Below are positions 30,045 through 41,547 of a stretch of DNA of 52,082 nt, piece after piece. Under the pieces are notes generated by a model, which searched no databases, was not told the origin of the DNA, and was given only the letters and a program-made list of their open reading frames with translations. A program made the translations under genes and the position numbers. Origin of the DNA: Deinococcota bacterium (lineage in GTDB: Bacteria; Deinococcota; Deinococci; Deinococcales; Thermaceae); the NCBI GenBank assembly GCA_041695225.1, contig JBGFRI010000032.1:1-52082 (forward strand). The letters run 5' to 3'. Numbering within the stretch: the stretch's first letter is position 1; each line of letters opens with the position of its first letter.

Positions 30045-30962
30045 CTACCTGACCTGCAGAAGGTCTTTTTCGGTGATCAGCCGGCTTTGTCCCCCAACGG
30101 CAGTGGCCGCCAGGGAGCCGGCCAGATTGCCCAGGCGGGCTGCAATAAAGGGGTCTTTGCCTTGCAGGATGGCGTGGGCGAAGGTAGCCGTAAAGGCATC
30201 ACCCGAGCCGGTGGTATCTACAACTTCTTCTAGGGGATACGGTTCAATCAGTTCTTGCCGGGTGGGGGTGATGACGATTGAACCCAGCGCACCGACCTTT
30301 ACAATTACCGTCTCGAGGCCCCAGCCCTTGAGCTCACTTACCCCCTCGCTGATGGAAGTGGCGCCCGTCAGGGCCAGTAGCTCCACCTGATTCATCAACA
30401 AATAAGGAACGCCTCGCAGGATGTCCAGCAGTTCCTTGCCTGCAGCCCGCACCGCGCCAGTGCCCAGGTCGGCGAAGATAGGCAGCTGGCGTTTACGGGC
30501 CGCATCCAAAGCACTGATGGCGTACTGCCGCTGCGGATCAGCCACAAAGGCGTAGGCCGAAAACAACACGCCGTCTATCTGGTCGAGCATTTTGGCCTTG
30601 AACTCGGTCACATCCAGTAAACGGCTGGCCCCCCCTGCCGAAATCATCGAGCGCTCGCCTCCAGACAGCAGCAAGATAAGGACCGAAGAAGTGGTCTGCT
30701 TTAGGTCAACCTGCAGATACCTCAGGTCAACGCCAACCTTTTCGAGCTGCGACAAAGCCACACTTCGGAAGGGGTCGTTCCCTACCCGGCTGGCCAGGTA
30801 CACGGTGTGTCCCAGGCTGGCCAGATGGGCGGCCAGGGTGCCCCCTGCCCCCCCTGGTTTCATAAGGGCTCGCTGAGCCGGAATCTCCTCACCTGGCTCG
30901 GGGATTCGCTCGAGAAAATAGATTAAGTCAATTGATACATCCCCTACGACAAAAAACCGCAT
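30045..30962 (-). CDS. PfkB family carbohydrate kinase
   Basis: PGGAGG, VGNDPF and VDTTGSGDAF motifs. Confidence 0.92.
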   Translation of the reverse strand: MRFFVVGDVSIDLIYFLERIPEPGEEIPAQRALMKPGGAGGTLAAHLASLGHTVYLASRVGNDPFRSVALSQLEKVGVDLRYLQVDLKQTTSSVLILLLSGGERSMISAGGASRLLDVTEFKAKMLDQIDGVLFSAYAFVADPQRQYAISALDAARKRQLPIFADLGTGAVRAAGKELLDILRGVPYLLMNQVELLALTGATSISEGVSELKGWGLETVIVKVGALGSIVITPTRQELIEPYPLEEVVDTTGSGDAFTATFAHAILQGKDPFIAARLGNLAGSLAATAVGGQSRLITEKDLLQVR

Positions 30963-31335
30963 TCCAACCTCCCAGCTTCTGTCCCCCGCGTTCAGAATCG
31001 CCTACAGCCCGGCTGCATATTAAGCTGATATCCACTATTTTACTCCATCCGTATGAGAAATCGCTATCAAGGTAGGGTCATTGGCGGGTTACAGGCAAGA
31101 GTGCCTTTGGCGCAAACGATACTCTGGCTAATCCACCACGACGCTCCAATACTAAGCCCTCCCCTCTGGGCAGGCTCTCCCGACCAAGACCAGGTTTGCG
31201 CAATGCTGGTACATTCTTAGTCGCAGCAAGAGTCTGAGGCACGTTGCTAACCGGAATAGTCCCGATGTTGCCGTGGCGGGCCTGACTCGTGCACCCTGAC
31301 AGATGCCGAGACTGTTGAGTTCAGATGTAGAACCT

Positions 31336-31377
31336 TGACGACCTGAGACTTGTGACCTGCGACATTCTATATGAACG
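31336..31377. repeat. Heptamer array with TATGAA border motif
   Basis: TGACGAC CTGAGAC TTGTGAC CTGCGAC ATTCTATATGAACG. Confidence 0.8.
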
Positions 31378-31416
31378 AAGATCTACCAGCGCAAACTTGC
31401 CAAAGCAGCATTCACC

Positions 31417-34400
31417 TCACAGGTTAAAGTACCTTGCCGCCGGGTGGTGTACCACAATGGCACTGGTGGACTGCTCGGGGTGAAGCTGGAACTCCTCACT
31501 GAGTTCGACGCCAATTTCCTGCCACTGCAATAGCGTTTGCAGGTATGTCTGGTCCTCTAAGCGCGGGCAGGCCGGGTAGCCAAAGCTGTAACGGCTGCCC
31601 TGGTAGCCCTGCCGGAATAGCTCTTCCATGCTAGTAGCATCGTCCTGGGCGATGCCAAGCTGCTGGCGGACACGCTTATGCCAGTATTCAGCCAGGGCTT
31701 CGGCCATCTCGACTGAGAAGCCATGCAGGTACAGGTAATCCTGGTAAGCATCGGAACGAAAGAGCTGGTGGGCTACCTGCGAGACCCGGCGCCCCATGGT
31801 CACCACCTGTGCGCCCAGCACATCCCGCGCACCGCTGTCCCAGGCGGCCCTGGGGAACCACTCGTCCTCGTTGCCCAGTGCCTCGGCATGGCGCGGGCGG
31901 AAGAAATCGGCAATGCACAGGTTGCGGGAATGCGCGCCCATCTGGCGCGGGAAATTGAAGCGGAAAAGCTCGGCTCCGGAACTGGGGTCAAAGACCAGTA
32001 AGTCGTTTTTGTCGGAGGCCACCGGCCAGTAGCCATAGGCCACGGCGGGCTCGAGCCAGCCCTCACCCATGGCCTGCAAGACCATCTCCTCGAACATGGG
32101 CTCGGCCAGACGCTCGAGATAAGCCTCGTACTCGGCCTGGCTCATCTCGCCCCTCCGGAAACCCCACTGGCCCCGGAAAAGGGCTTTTTTGTTGACGTAG
32201 CGTGAGATCACCCCGATCTCGAGCTCGCTGCTCGCCACCACCCGGCGGCCCCAGAAAGGCGGCTGGGGGATGCGGGGCGCGGGCGGAACCTGGGAGGGGA
32301 TGTATTCAGAGCCGGCCATCAGTTTCTCCTGCAAGATTTCATAAGCGGTTTTGTGTTGGCGCCCGCGGGCCTCGAGGCTCGCAGGGCTAGAGCTTTCGTT
32401 GAGCTGGTTGGGGTATAACTTCTGGTGGGGGTCTGGTCTGGGCTCGGGGGCGGTCCGGCACAGTGCGGCCTTGCCAGTCAGTTCTTCCATCAGCCTTAGA
32501 CCATCAAAGGCATCCGCGGCGTAATAGACCTGGCCAGTGGTATAGGTCTGGCGCAGGTCTTTTTCCACATAGTGCCGGTTGAGCGCGGCCCCACCCAGCA
32601 CCACTGGCAGACCCACCCCCCGGTCGGCCATGTATTCCAGGTTTTCCTTCATTACCACGGTACTCTTGACCAGAAGCCCGCTCATGCCCACTGCGTCGGG
32701 CCGGTGGGCTTCCACCGCAGCCAGAATATCCTCGATTGGCTTCTTGATGCCCAGGTTGACTACCTTGTAGCCGTTGTTGGAAAGGATGATGTCTACCAGG
32801 TTCTTGCCGATGTCGTGCACATCTCCCTTGACGGTAGCGATGACCATGGTGCCCTTGTGGATGCCTTCCAGCTTCTCCATTCGGGGTTCTAAGTAGCGCA
32901 CCGCAGCTTTCATGGTCTCGGCAGCTTGCAGCACGAAAGGCAGCTGCATCTTTCCGGCGCCGAAGAGATCGCCCACCACCTTCATGCCCTCCAGCAGCAC
33001 TAAGTTGATGACCTCTACCGGGGTGTACTGCTTCAAAGCCAGCTCGAGGTCGGCCTCGAGGCCCACTTTGCGCCCGTCAATAATGCGCTTTTTCAGGCGA
33101 TCCTCGAGGGAGAGCCCGGCCAGGGCGCCCTGGGCTTGGGCCTTGTCCACCTTGTTTCTGGCAAAGTAATCTACAAAAGCAAACAGCGGGTCGTGGGTAA
33201 CCTCGCCGTCTGGCCCGAACTGCCTCCGGTCGTAGATCAGGTCCAGCGCAAGCTGGCACTGCTCCGGGGGGATCTGGTTGATGGGCAGAATCTTGCCTGC
33301 GTTCAGGATTGCTGCGGTCAGGCCGGCCTGGATGCACTCATCCAGAAAGACCGAGTTCAGCACCACCCGGGCCTGCGGCGCCAGGCCAAACGAAACATTA
33401 GAAATGCCCAGAATGAAGCCCACCTCGGGCAATAGCTGGCGCAACTTGCGGATGCCCTCAATGGTCCACATGGCCAGCCTGCGGCTCTCCTCGTCGCCCT
33501 GGGTGATGGGGAAGGTGAGCAGGTCGAACAAGAGGGCGTTGGCTGGAATACCATGTAGCCCGGTCAGGCGCCCGTACATACGCAGGGCAATTTCCACCTT
33601 GCGCTCAACGGTCTTGGCCATCCCGGCTTCTTTGTCTTCGTCAATAGTCAGGGCCACCAGCGCCGCCCCGTGGCGTTTGGCCAGGGCTGCCACCTGGTCG
33701 AACTTGTGCAGGCCATCTTCCAGGTTGACCGAGTTCAGGATGACCCGCCCTCCCAGGTGCTCCAGAGCCTCTTCCATCACATCCACCTGGGTCGAGTCAA
33801 TCATGATGGGAATGGATACGCTGGTGGCAAAGCGCTTCAGCACCTCGCGCATGTCCCCGGCCTCGTCGCGCCCCGTCCAGGCCACCGAGACATCTAGCAC
33901 ATGAGCCCCTTCGGCCACCTGTTCACCGGCAAGCTCGTTGATCCCGTCAAAGTCGCCAGCAAACAGCATCTCGCGGAACTTCTTACTGCCGGTGGCGTTG
34001 GTACGCTCCCCCACGATCAAAATGCCGGTGTCTTGTCTGAGGGGGACGCTCTGGTAGAGACTGGCGACGAACGACGAAGGACGAAGGTCAAAGGCCAAAG
34101 ACTGCCCCTCGCGGCCTTCGGCCTTCGGCTTTAGACCTTTGACCGCGTCCGCCAGGACGCGAATGTGCTCCGGCCCGGTTCCGCAGCACCCGCCCACCAC
34201 GTTCAGACCATACTCCTGTACGAACTTCAGCTGCCATCGGGCTAACTCTGCGGGGGTAAGGTCAAACACGGCCTGCCCACCCTCGTTGCGGGGCAGCCCG
34301 GCATTGGGCAGACAGGAGACCCAGCGGGTGCTGTTCTGGCAAAAGTAGCGCATATGCGAGTCCATCAAGTCGGGCCCCACCGCGCAGTTGATTCCTATCA

Positions 34401-35142
34401 CGTCCACCGGCAAGCTCTCCAGCACCGTCAGGGCGGCCGCATCGTCGGTGCCGACCAGCATGGTCCCGGTGGCCTCGAAGGTCACCTGGACCTGCATGGG
34501 AACCTCCCGCCCTGCGTCTTGCATGGCCTGCCGTACGGCTAGTACTGCGCAGCGCAACTGCAAGATGTCCTGGCAGGTCTCGATTAGGAGTAGATCTACC
34601 CCACCGCGAATCAGTCCCCGGGCAGCGGTGCGGTAAGACGCATACAACTCTTTCCAGCCAATTTGCCCCAGCGAAATTAGTTTGGTCCCCGGCCCCAGCG
34701 AACCGGCCACAAAGCGCGGTTTTTCGCCCCCCGCTTCCGCTGCGGCCTGTTGGGCAATTTGCGCTGCCTCCCAGGCCAGCTCCTCGGCCTGTTCCTCCAG
34801 GCCATACTCGGCCAGCACATGGGGCAGGCAGCCAAAAGTGTTGGTCTCGACCACATCGGCCCCGGCCTCGAAGTAGCTGCGGTGAATGGCCGCGATCACC
34901 TCGGGGCGGGTGCGGTTGAGCACCTCGGGGCAGCCGCTAAACTGGGCGCCGCCGAAGTCTTCATCGCTAAGATTGTACTTGAAAATTTCCGTTCCCATGG
35001 CCCCGTCAAAAACCACAACCCGCTGGGCAATGGCCTTTAGATAAGGGAAAGCCGCAGCCCTGGCCTCGCGCTGGTAGCCCTGGGCGGTAAGGGGTTCTAG
35101 GCTTTGTTCGGCGAAGAAGTCGCGGGGTGGGTTCTGACTCAC
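31417..35142 (-). CDS. metH: Cobalamin-dependent methionine synthase
   Basis: DGAMGT, GGCCGT, GERTN and DVHDIGKN motifs; C-terminal activation domain (RYSFGYPACP). Confidence 0.97.
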   Translation of the reverse strand: MSQNPPRDFFAEQSLEPLTAQGYQREARAAAFPYLKAIAQRVVVFDGAMGTEIFKYNLSDEDFGGAQFSGCPEVLNRTRPEVIAAIHRSYFEAGADVVETNTFGCLPHVLAEYGLEEQAEELAWEAAQIAQQAAAEAGGEKPRFVAGSLGPGTKLISLGQIGWKELYASYRTAARGLIRGGVDLLLIETCQDILQLRCAVLAVRQAMQDAGREVPMQVQVTFEATGTMLVGTDDAAALTVLESLPVDVIGINCAVGPDLMDSHMRYFCQNSTRWVSCLPNAGLPRNEGGQAVFDLTPAELARWQLKFVQEYGLNVVGGCCGTGPEHIRVLADAVKGLKPKAEGREGQSLAFDLRPSSFVASLYQSVPLRQDTGILIVGERTNATGSKKFREMLFAGDFDGINELAGEQVAEGAHVLDVSVAWTGRDEAGDMREVLKRFATSVSIPIMIDSTQVDVMEEALEHLGGRVILNSVNLEDGLHKFDQVAALAKRHGAALVALTIDEDKEAGMAKTVERKVEIALRMYGRLTGLHGIPANALLFDLLTFPITQGDEESRRLAMWTIEGIRKLRQLLPEVGFILGISNVSFGLAPQARVVLNSVFLDECIQAGLTAAILNAGKILPINQIPPEQCQLALDLIYDRRQFGPDGEVTHDPLFAFVDYFARNKVDKAQAQGALAGLSLEDRLKKRIIDGRKVGLEADLELALKQYTPVEVINLVLLEGMKVVGDLFGAGKMQLPFVLQAAETMKAAVRYLEPRMEKLEGIHKGTMVIATVKGDVHDIGKNLVDIILSNNGYKVVNLGIKKPIEDILAAVEAHRPDAVGMSGLLVKSTVVMKENLEYMADRGVGLPVVLGGAALNRHYVEKDLRQTYTTGQVYYAADAFDGLRLMEELTGKAALCRTAPEPRPDPHQKLYPNQLNESSSPASLEARGRQHKTAYEILQEKLMAGSEYIPSQVPPAPRIPQPPFWGRRVVASSELEIGVISRYVNKKALFRGQWGFRRGEMSQAEYEAYLERLAEPMFEEMVLQAMGEGWLEPAVAYGYWPVASDKNDLLVFDPSSGAELFRFNFPRQMGAHSRNLCIADFFRPRHAEALGNEDEWFPRAAWDSGARDVLGAQVVTMGRRVSQVAHQLFRSDAYQDYLYLHGFSVEMAEALAEYWHKRVRQQLGIAQDDATSMEELFRQGYQGSRYSFGYPACPRLEDQTYLQTLLQWQEIGVELSEEFQLHPEQSTSAIVVHHPAARYFNL
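34066..34144. repeat. Palindromic heptamer array in-frame within metH
   Basis: GACGAAC GACGAAG GACGAAG GTCAAAG GCCAAAG, then GCCTTCG GCCTTCG GCTTTAG ACCTTTGACC. Confidence 0.85.
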
Positions 35143-35166
35143 AAGGGCTATTCTAGGGCATGGTAT

Positions 35167-35205
35167 ACCAATAGCCGATAGTCTATAGCTGATAGCCGAT
35201 GGCTA
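35167..35205. repeat. Heptamer array upstream of metH
   Basis: ACCAATA GCCGATA GTCTATA GCTGATA GCCGATG GCTA. Confidence 0.88.
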
Positions 35206-35291
35206 ACCAAATGCAAAACCCCGGTTCCCTGGCCAGCGCGGATCATCATCAAGCAGATCACTTAGCGGGATGGCACCGAGACTGCCTCCAC
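35202..35291 (-). pseudogene. Frameshifted 5' remnant of a DUF4388-like gene
   Basis: With two 1-nt corrections reads M(E)GSLGAIPLSDLLDMIRAGQGTGVLHL; overlaps the thrB 3' end and stops at the array. Confidence 0.55.
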
Positions 35292-36163
35292 CTTATACCC
35301 TCACCCAGTCCCAGAACCAGGGTATATCCCTGCCCGACATAGTCCTGCATGGCAGCCTGAATGGAGGTGATCTGGCCGGGCGGGGCCAGAGCTGCCAGGG
35401 TTGGCCCTGCCCCTCCCACAAACGCGGCCAGCGCTCCTACGCCATAAACCCGCTCAATGGCATTCTCGAGGCCGGGCATCAGGTGGGCGCGGTAGGGCTG
35501 GTGTAGGCGGTCTCTGGCGGCTTCGCGCAGAGCCTCCAGGCGCCCAGAATATAGTGCGGCGGGCCAGAGCGCACTGCGGGACAAATTAAAAACCGCGTCG
35601 GCGTGTGGAATGCTGCTGGGCAAGGCAGCCCTGGCTTTGGTGGTGGGCACCTCGTAGGCCGGTACTCCCAGCACAAAAAGCAGCCCGCTGGGCGAGGGCA
35701 GTGGCATGGCCAGGGGTGGGTCGGCCAGGGCAGCCACAAAACCTCCGTAAATCGCAGGGGCCACGTTGTCGGGGTGGCCCTCCAGACGGGCGGTGACGCC
35801 AAACACCCCGTCTTTGCCCAGCCTGCCGCCCGAGAAATGGTCGGCCAGGGCAGCCCCAGCTACTAAAGCCGCCGAGCTACTGCCCATGCCTCGGGCCAGT
35901 GGAATGGGATTGTGGGCCCGAATGGCGATGGTAGGTGGGCTGGCTTCACCCAGGGCTTGCCAGGCAGCGCGGTAGCCCTGGTGGATCAGGTTGTCAGGAG
36001 TGTTGGGCACATACCCCTGGCCGGTGTAGCGTAGCTGGTCGGCTGAATGTAGCGTGGCACTGACCTCGAGGTACAGGTCAAGCGCAACCCCCAGGGCGTC
36101 AAAGCCCGATCCAAGGTTGGCCAGGGTGGCCGGAACTTGAACGTAAAAGGTTTCCTCCAGCAT
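35258..36163 (-). CDS. thrB: Homoserine kinase
   Basis: PATLANLGSGFD, PLARGMGSS, EGHPDNVAP and DRLHQPYR motifs. Confidence 0.96.
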   Translation of the reverse strand: MLEETFYVQVPATLANLGSGFDALGVALDLYLEVSATLHSADQLRYTGQGYVPNTPDNLIHQGYRAAWQALGEASPPTIAIRAHNPIPLARGMGSSSAALVAGAALADHFSGGRLGKDGVFGVTARLEGHPDNVAPAIYGGFVAALADPPLAMPLPSPSGLLFVLGVPAYEVPTTKARAALPSSIPHADAVFNLSRSALWPAALYSGRLEALREAARDRLHQPYRAHLMPGLENAIERVYGVGALAAFVGGAGPTLAALAPPGQITSIQAAMQDYVGQGYTLVLGLGEGIRWRQSRCHPAK

Positions 36164-36411
36164 ACTTCTCCTAACCAGACACGACCGCCATCATAACCCG
36201 CAATAACTCCCGCCATAGGCTAAAAAGTGGTGTGGATCAAGGCTGGCGCATGACCTGGTAGTTTTGTTGTTGGCGGTACTATGCAAAGCCGGCCCGATTG
36301 AGAGGAGGCTACAGGCCCCCTTGTGTGGTAGCAAAGAGACCCTAACCCCTCCTTCGTCTTTACGATTGCGCGAAGGTTCCTGGATCAACCACACAACTGC
36401 CTATGAGGCTG

Positions 36412-36768
36412 CTAGGCAGGAATAGTTACGAGTTTCAGCGTAGGCCCGTGGCGACTCTCCTCACTCTCGGCTTGGAGAAGCAGCTTTTCGTTCTCTTCGC
36501 CGATGGTCCTGAGCAGCCGGTCACGCGACACAAACTGCCCTCCTAGCATGTAATAAAAGCCCTGCTTGCCCAACACCACCACAAAACGCACTCCCCGGAG
36601 GTTGCGCACAAAGGTATTGTGTTTTAGAGCAAAGCGGTGCATTTTGTTGAGTGCAAACAGCTCGCGCTCCAGGCGGCGGCGGTTGAGAACTGGCACCAGC
36701 CAGCCACCCGCCAGGACCAGCAGTGCCGTGACGACAAAAAAGGCCATTCCAAAGGCTTCTGCTTGCAT
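36412..36768 (-). CDS. Hypothetical protein with N-terminal membrane anchor
   Basis: 118-aa ORF, hydrophobic N-terminus; -10-like CATAGT 6 nt upstream. Confidence 0.75.
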   Translation of the reverse strand: MQAEAFGMAFFVVTALLVLAGGWLVPVLNRRRLERELFALNKMHRFALKHNTFVRNLRGVRFVVVLGKQGFYYMLGGQFVSRDRLLRTIGEENEKLLLQAESEESRHGPTLKLVTIPA

Positions 36769-36887
36769 AGCGTTACTATGATAACCTATGCTGTTACGTT
36801 TTACGTAACGCTATCGTAATCTGAATCGAGTACAAAACTTCCTCGCCGCTGTACCCGGGGCTTGTGGACATAGTATCAGGAAACAGA

Positions 36888-37769
36888 CTACCAGCCGCGC
36901 TTGGCCAGTTTCTCTTCTTCTGGCAAAAAGTCCAGGTTGATGCCCACCATGGCCTCGCCCAGATCTTCGGAGACCTCGGCCAGTACTTCGGGGTCGTTGT
37001 AGTGGGCCACAGCCCGCACAATCGCTCTGGCCCGTTTGCGCGGGTCGCCCGATTTGAAAATGCCCGAACCCACAAACACCCCGTCCATGCCCAGCTGCAT
37101 CATCAGGGCCGCATCGGCCGGGGTAGCAACCCCACCTGCCGCAAAGTTCACCACCGGCAGGCGGCCGCTTTCGTGAACCCATAGCACCAGTTCGTAAGGA
37201 GCCCCGTGACTTTTTGCATAGGTCATGAGCTCCTCGCGGGGCAGTGCCTGGATCTGCCGGACTGCGCCCAACACGCTGCGTGCATGCCGGACGGCTTCCA
37301 CTACATTGCCGGTTCCGGCCTCGCCCTTGGTGCGGATCATGGCTGCTCCTTCACCAATGCGCCGCAGGGCCTCGCCAATGCCAGTAGCCCCGCAAACAAA
37401 GGGCACCTTGAAGGCATGTTTATCGATGTGGAACGACTCGTCGGCCGGCGTGAGCACCTCTGATTCGTCAACGAAGTCAACCCCCAGGGCCTGCAAAATT
37501 TGGGCTTCAACAAAATGCCCTATACGGCACTTGGCCATTACTGGAATCGAGACCGCCCCTATAATTTCTTTGATCAGCTTGGGGTCGGACATCCGGGCCA
37601 CGCCCCCCTGCGTGCGTATGTCGGCCGGAACCCGCTCGAGCGCCATCACCGCTACAGCCCCGGCCTCCTGTGCGGTCTCGGCCTGCTGGGCGGTGACCAC
37701 ATCCATTATCACGCCGCCCTTGAACATTTCAGCGAATCCAGTTTTGACCCGCAGGGTTCCTTTTTCCAT
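36888..37769 (-). CDS. pdxS: Pyridoxal 5'-phosphate synthase lyase subunit
   Basis: [18 protein letters not shown] and [12 protein letters not shown] motifs; GGAGG RBS before ATG 37769. Confidence 0.97.
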   Translation of the reverse strand: MEKGTLRVKTGFAEMFKGGVIMDVVTAQQAETAQEAGAVAVMALERVPADIRTQGGVARMSDPKLIKEIIGAVSIPVMAKCRIGHFVEAQILQALGVDFVDESEVLTPADESFHIDKHAFKVPFVCGATGIGEALRRIGEGAAMIRTKGEAGTGNVVEAVRHARSVLGAVRQIQALPREELMTYAKSHGAPYELVLWVHESGRLPVVNFAAGGVATPADAALMMQLGMDGVFVGSGIFKSGDPRKRARAIVRAVAHYNDPEVLAEVSEDLGEAMVGINLDFLPEEEKLAKRGW

Positions 37770-38010
37770 TACTCCCTCCAACACCGTAGCATAAGCCCTT
37801 TTAACCCGGTCTCCAAGGGGCAAGGGTACCAAGCCTGAGCTATGGGCTGCTCGACCGCTTATGTCTGTCAGCTTTGAGTAATGCAAAGAGTTCTACAAGG
37901 TGCCTTACCCAACCTCCCGTCACGTTGAAGCCCCGGGGCATCCTCGTCACGGTCACGTAGTTTTACTCAAAGCCAAGCTCGCTAAACGACAAAAAAGTAT
38001 CTGGATCAGA

Positions 38011-39255
38011 TCACGGCAAAAAAGCCATGGGATTGCGGGGTACGCCATTAACCCGCACTTCGAAGTGTAAGTGGGGGCCAGTGCTCCAACCAGTCGAACC
38101 CACGTAGCCAATAATCTCGCCACGTTCTACCCACTCGCCCGGGCGCACAGCAACCCGAGACATATGGGCATACACGGTCTCGTGCGAGGCGCCGTGATCA
38201 AGGATGACGTGCAGTCCAAAGCCACCACGGCTCCAGCCTGCTGTCGCTACCTGGCCGGCTTTAGCCGCATAGATTGGTGTACCGATGGGCGCAGCAAGGT
38301 CAATTCCAGTATGGAACCGCTGGAACGGGGTTCTACCGCCAAAGGGAACAGTAAAAACAAACCGAGACACTGGCCAGCTGTAACCAGCAGCAGCTACCAC
38401 TGCACTGGCCCTGCGAAGGCGGGGCTGGCTCAGGGCCTGCTGCTGGCGCTGGCGGGCCTCTTGCAGGCGCCGCTGCTCGGCCTGTTTACGCCGCAATTCT
38501 TCGCGCTGGCGACGTTCTTGCGCCAGACGGCGCGCTTCGGCTTCACGAGCCTTGCGTTCGGCCTCGCGAATCTGCAAAAGCCGAGTGTAAGTAGTTCTGG
38601 CTTGTATTCCTGGCAAAAGCACCAGGTCGCCCGCCGAGACATCGGTAGGCGAGCTGAGGCCATTGGCCCTGGCCACCTCCACGACCGATAAACCAAAACG
38701 GCTGGCCAGGTCTTTGATGGTCTCACCAGCCCTCAGGCGCTGCAAGAGCCCGGTCTCGGTGGTGGGGATAAAAAGGGTGGACCCGACCTCGAGGCGGTCC
38801 AGACTGGGCAGGCCGGGGTTTGCCGATACCAGGCCCAGCACCGTCAGTCCAAAGCGATTAGCAACAGACTGCACGGTATCGCCGCGGCGGACAATGTAAG
38901 CGAGAACGCCTGGCGGAAGGCGGGCTTCGTGGTTGACCTCTTCCACCAGTGGGATTCGCAACAACTGCCCAGGGCGAAGAGAGACACCTTCGAGGTCGCT
39001 GCTGTACATGATGGCCCGGCCATCTACCCGGAACCGGCTGGCGATCTCGCTCAGCGTATCGCCGGGACGGACCGTGTACAGCACCCAGCCCTTACGAGCG
39101 GGGGCTTCCACTGCTATTTTAGTTTCTGGCAGTTTTAGCTGCGCCGGCCCAATGGGCATACCGAGGGCGCTGCTAGCGAGCATACTGCTCAAAATTTCAC
39201 TGATTGCCAAAGCCAACCTCCACCGGTAGGCGAGGTGTTGCTTATGCGCAACCAC
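38011..39255 (-). CDS. LysM-repeat M23 peptidase (start uncertain)
   Basis: Three LysM-like repeats, coiled coil, HTGID, YAH and GPHLHFEV motifs. Confidence 0.92.
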   Translation of the reverse strand: MVAHKQHLAYRWRLALAISEILSSMLASSALGMPIGPAQLKLPETKIAVEAPARKGWVLYTVRPGDTLSEIASRFRVDGRAIMYSSDLEGVSLRPGQLLRIPLVEEVNHEARLPPGVLAYIVRRGDTVQSVANRFGLTVLGLVSANPGLPSLDRLEVGSTLFIPTTETGLLQRLRAGETIKDLASRFGLSVVEVARANGLSSPTDVSAGDLVLLPGIQARTTYTRLLQIREAERKAREAEARRLAQERRQREELRRKQAEQRRLQEARQRQQQALSQPRLRRASAVVAAAGYSWPVSRFVFTVPFGGRTPFQRFHTGIDLAAPIGTPIYAAKAGQVATAGWSRGGFGLHVILDHGASHETVYAHMSRVAVRPGEWVERGEIIGYVGSTGWSTGPHLHFEVRVNGVPRNPMAFLP

Positions 39256-39331
39256 CCCGTTGGAATTCCTGGAAAGCCCTGGTTCTCACCAGTTGCCCAG
39301 GTCATCCATACGACTTACGCAGGGAGTATAC

Positions 39332-40678
<1,347 letters not shown>

Positions 40679-40715
40679 GGAAAAAACTCCTCTATTGTAC
40701 TGCCTTGCTCCAGAG

Positions 40716-41363
40716 TTACCTGCTAGCAGCACGGGCCCAGTCATTTAGAAATGCCTCGAGGCCCGCGTCGGTAAGAGGATGCTTGACAAGTTGCTGAAAG
40801 ACCTTGGCCGGCATGGTGGCAATATCGGCGCCCAACAAAGCGGCCTGGGTCACGTGGCGGGGGTGGCGAATGGAGGCAGCCAGAATTCGCGCGCCGAGGT
40901 TTTGCACCTGGAATAGCTCGGCAATTTCGCCGATCAGATCCATCCCCTCCCAGGAGATATCGTCAATGCGGCCCAAAAAAGGCGAGACACACCAGGCCCC
41001 GGCCTTCGCGCATAACAGGGCCTGGTTAGCCGAAAACACCAGGGTCATGTTGACGCGAATGCCTTCTGCGGACAGGGTTTTACAGGCCTTGAGCCCGTCT
41101 ATGGTAGTGGGCAGCTTGACCACCACATGCTGGTCTATGGCCGCCAGGCGGCGCCCCTCGGCTACCATATCCACCGCAGCGGTGGAAACCACTTCGGCCG
41201 AGACCGGCCCCTGGACAATCTGGCATATTTCCTTGATGGTGGGCTCGAGCGCGCGGCCCGATCTGGCAATCAGGGAGGGGTTGGTGGTGACTCCCGCAAG
41301 CACGCCCCAGGCAGCGATTTCTCTGATCTCGCTTACCTCAGCAGTATCTAGATACAAGTCCAT
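40716..41363 (-). CDS. tal: Transaldolase (small FSA/TalC type)
   Basis: LDTA, GVTTNPSL, VVKLP, SPFLGRIDD and LAASIRHP motifs. Confidence 0.93.
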   Translation of the reverse strand: MDLYLDTAEVSEIREIAAWGVLAGVTTNPSLIARSGRALEPTIKEICQIVQGPVSAEVVSTAAVDMVAEGRRLAAIDQHVVVKLPTTIDGLKACKTLSAEGIRVNMTLVFSANQALLCAKAGAWCVSPFLGRIDDISWEGMDLIGEIAELFQVQNLGARILAASIRHPRHVTQAALLGADIATMPAKVFQQLVKHPLTDAGLEAFLNDWARAASR

Positions 41364-41547
41364 AGCTTACAAACTCCTTCCCGCGTTTGGACACATTTGT
41401 GCGGATTTGCCAGCAAGTATACCGCCGGCCCAGGATGAGAAACAAGATATTTGATCCTTATTGTTGACGCAGGGGTAGCAGCTTGCTACCATTCAGATTA
41501 GCCAGTTGCCAGCAGAGAAATATAGCACACGCTGCACCTGGTGTAAA

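Noticed and set aside
30963..31335. SAM or cobalamin riboswitch, or a small ORF, near metH and pfkB
   Set aside because: No conserved riboswitch motifs seen here or upstream of metH; the 55-codon ORF has no RBS or recognisable features
36226..36396. Possible 6S-like long hairpin upstream of thrB
   Set aside because: Only short interrupted end-pairing (GTGGT/ACCAC, GATC, GCGCA/TGCGC) and no convincing central stem; needs a covariance search
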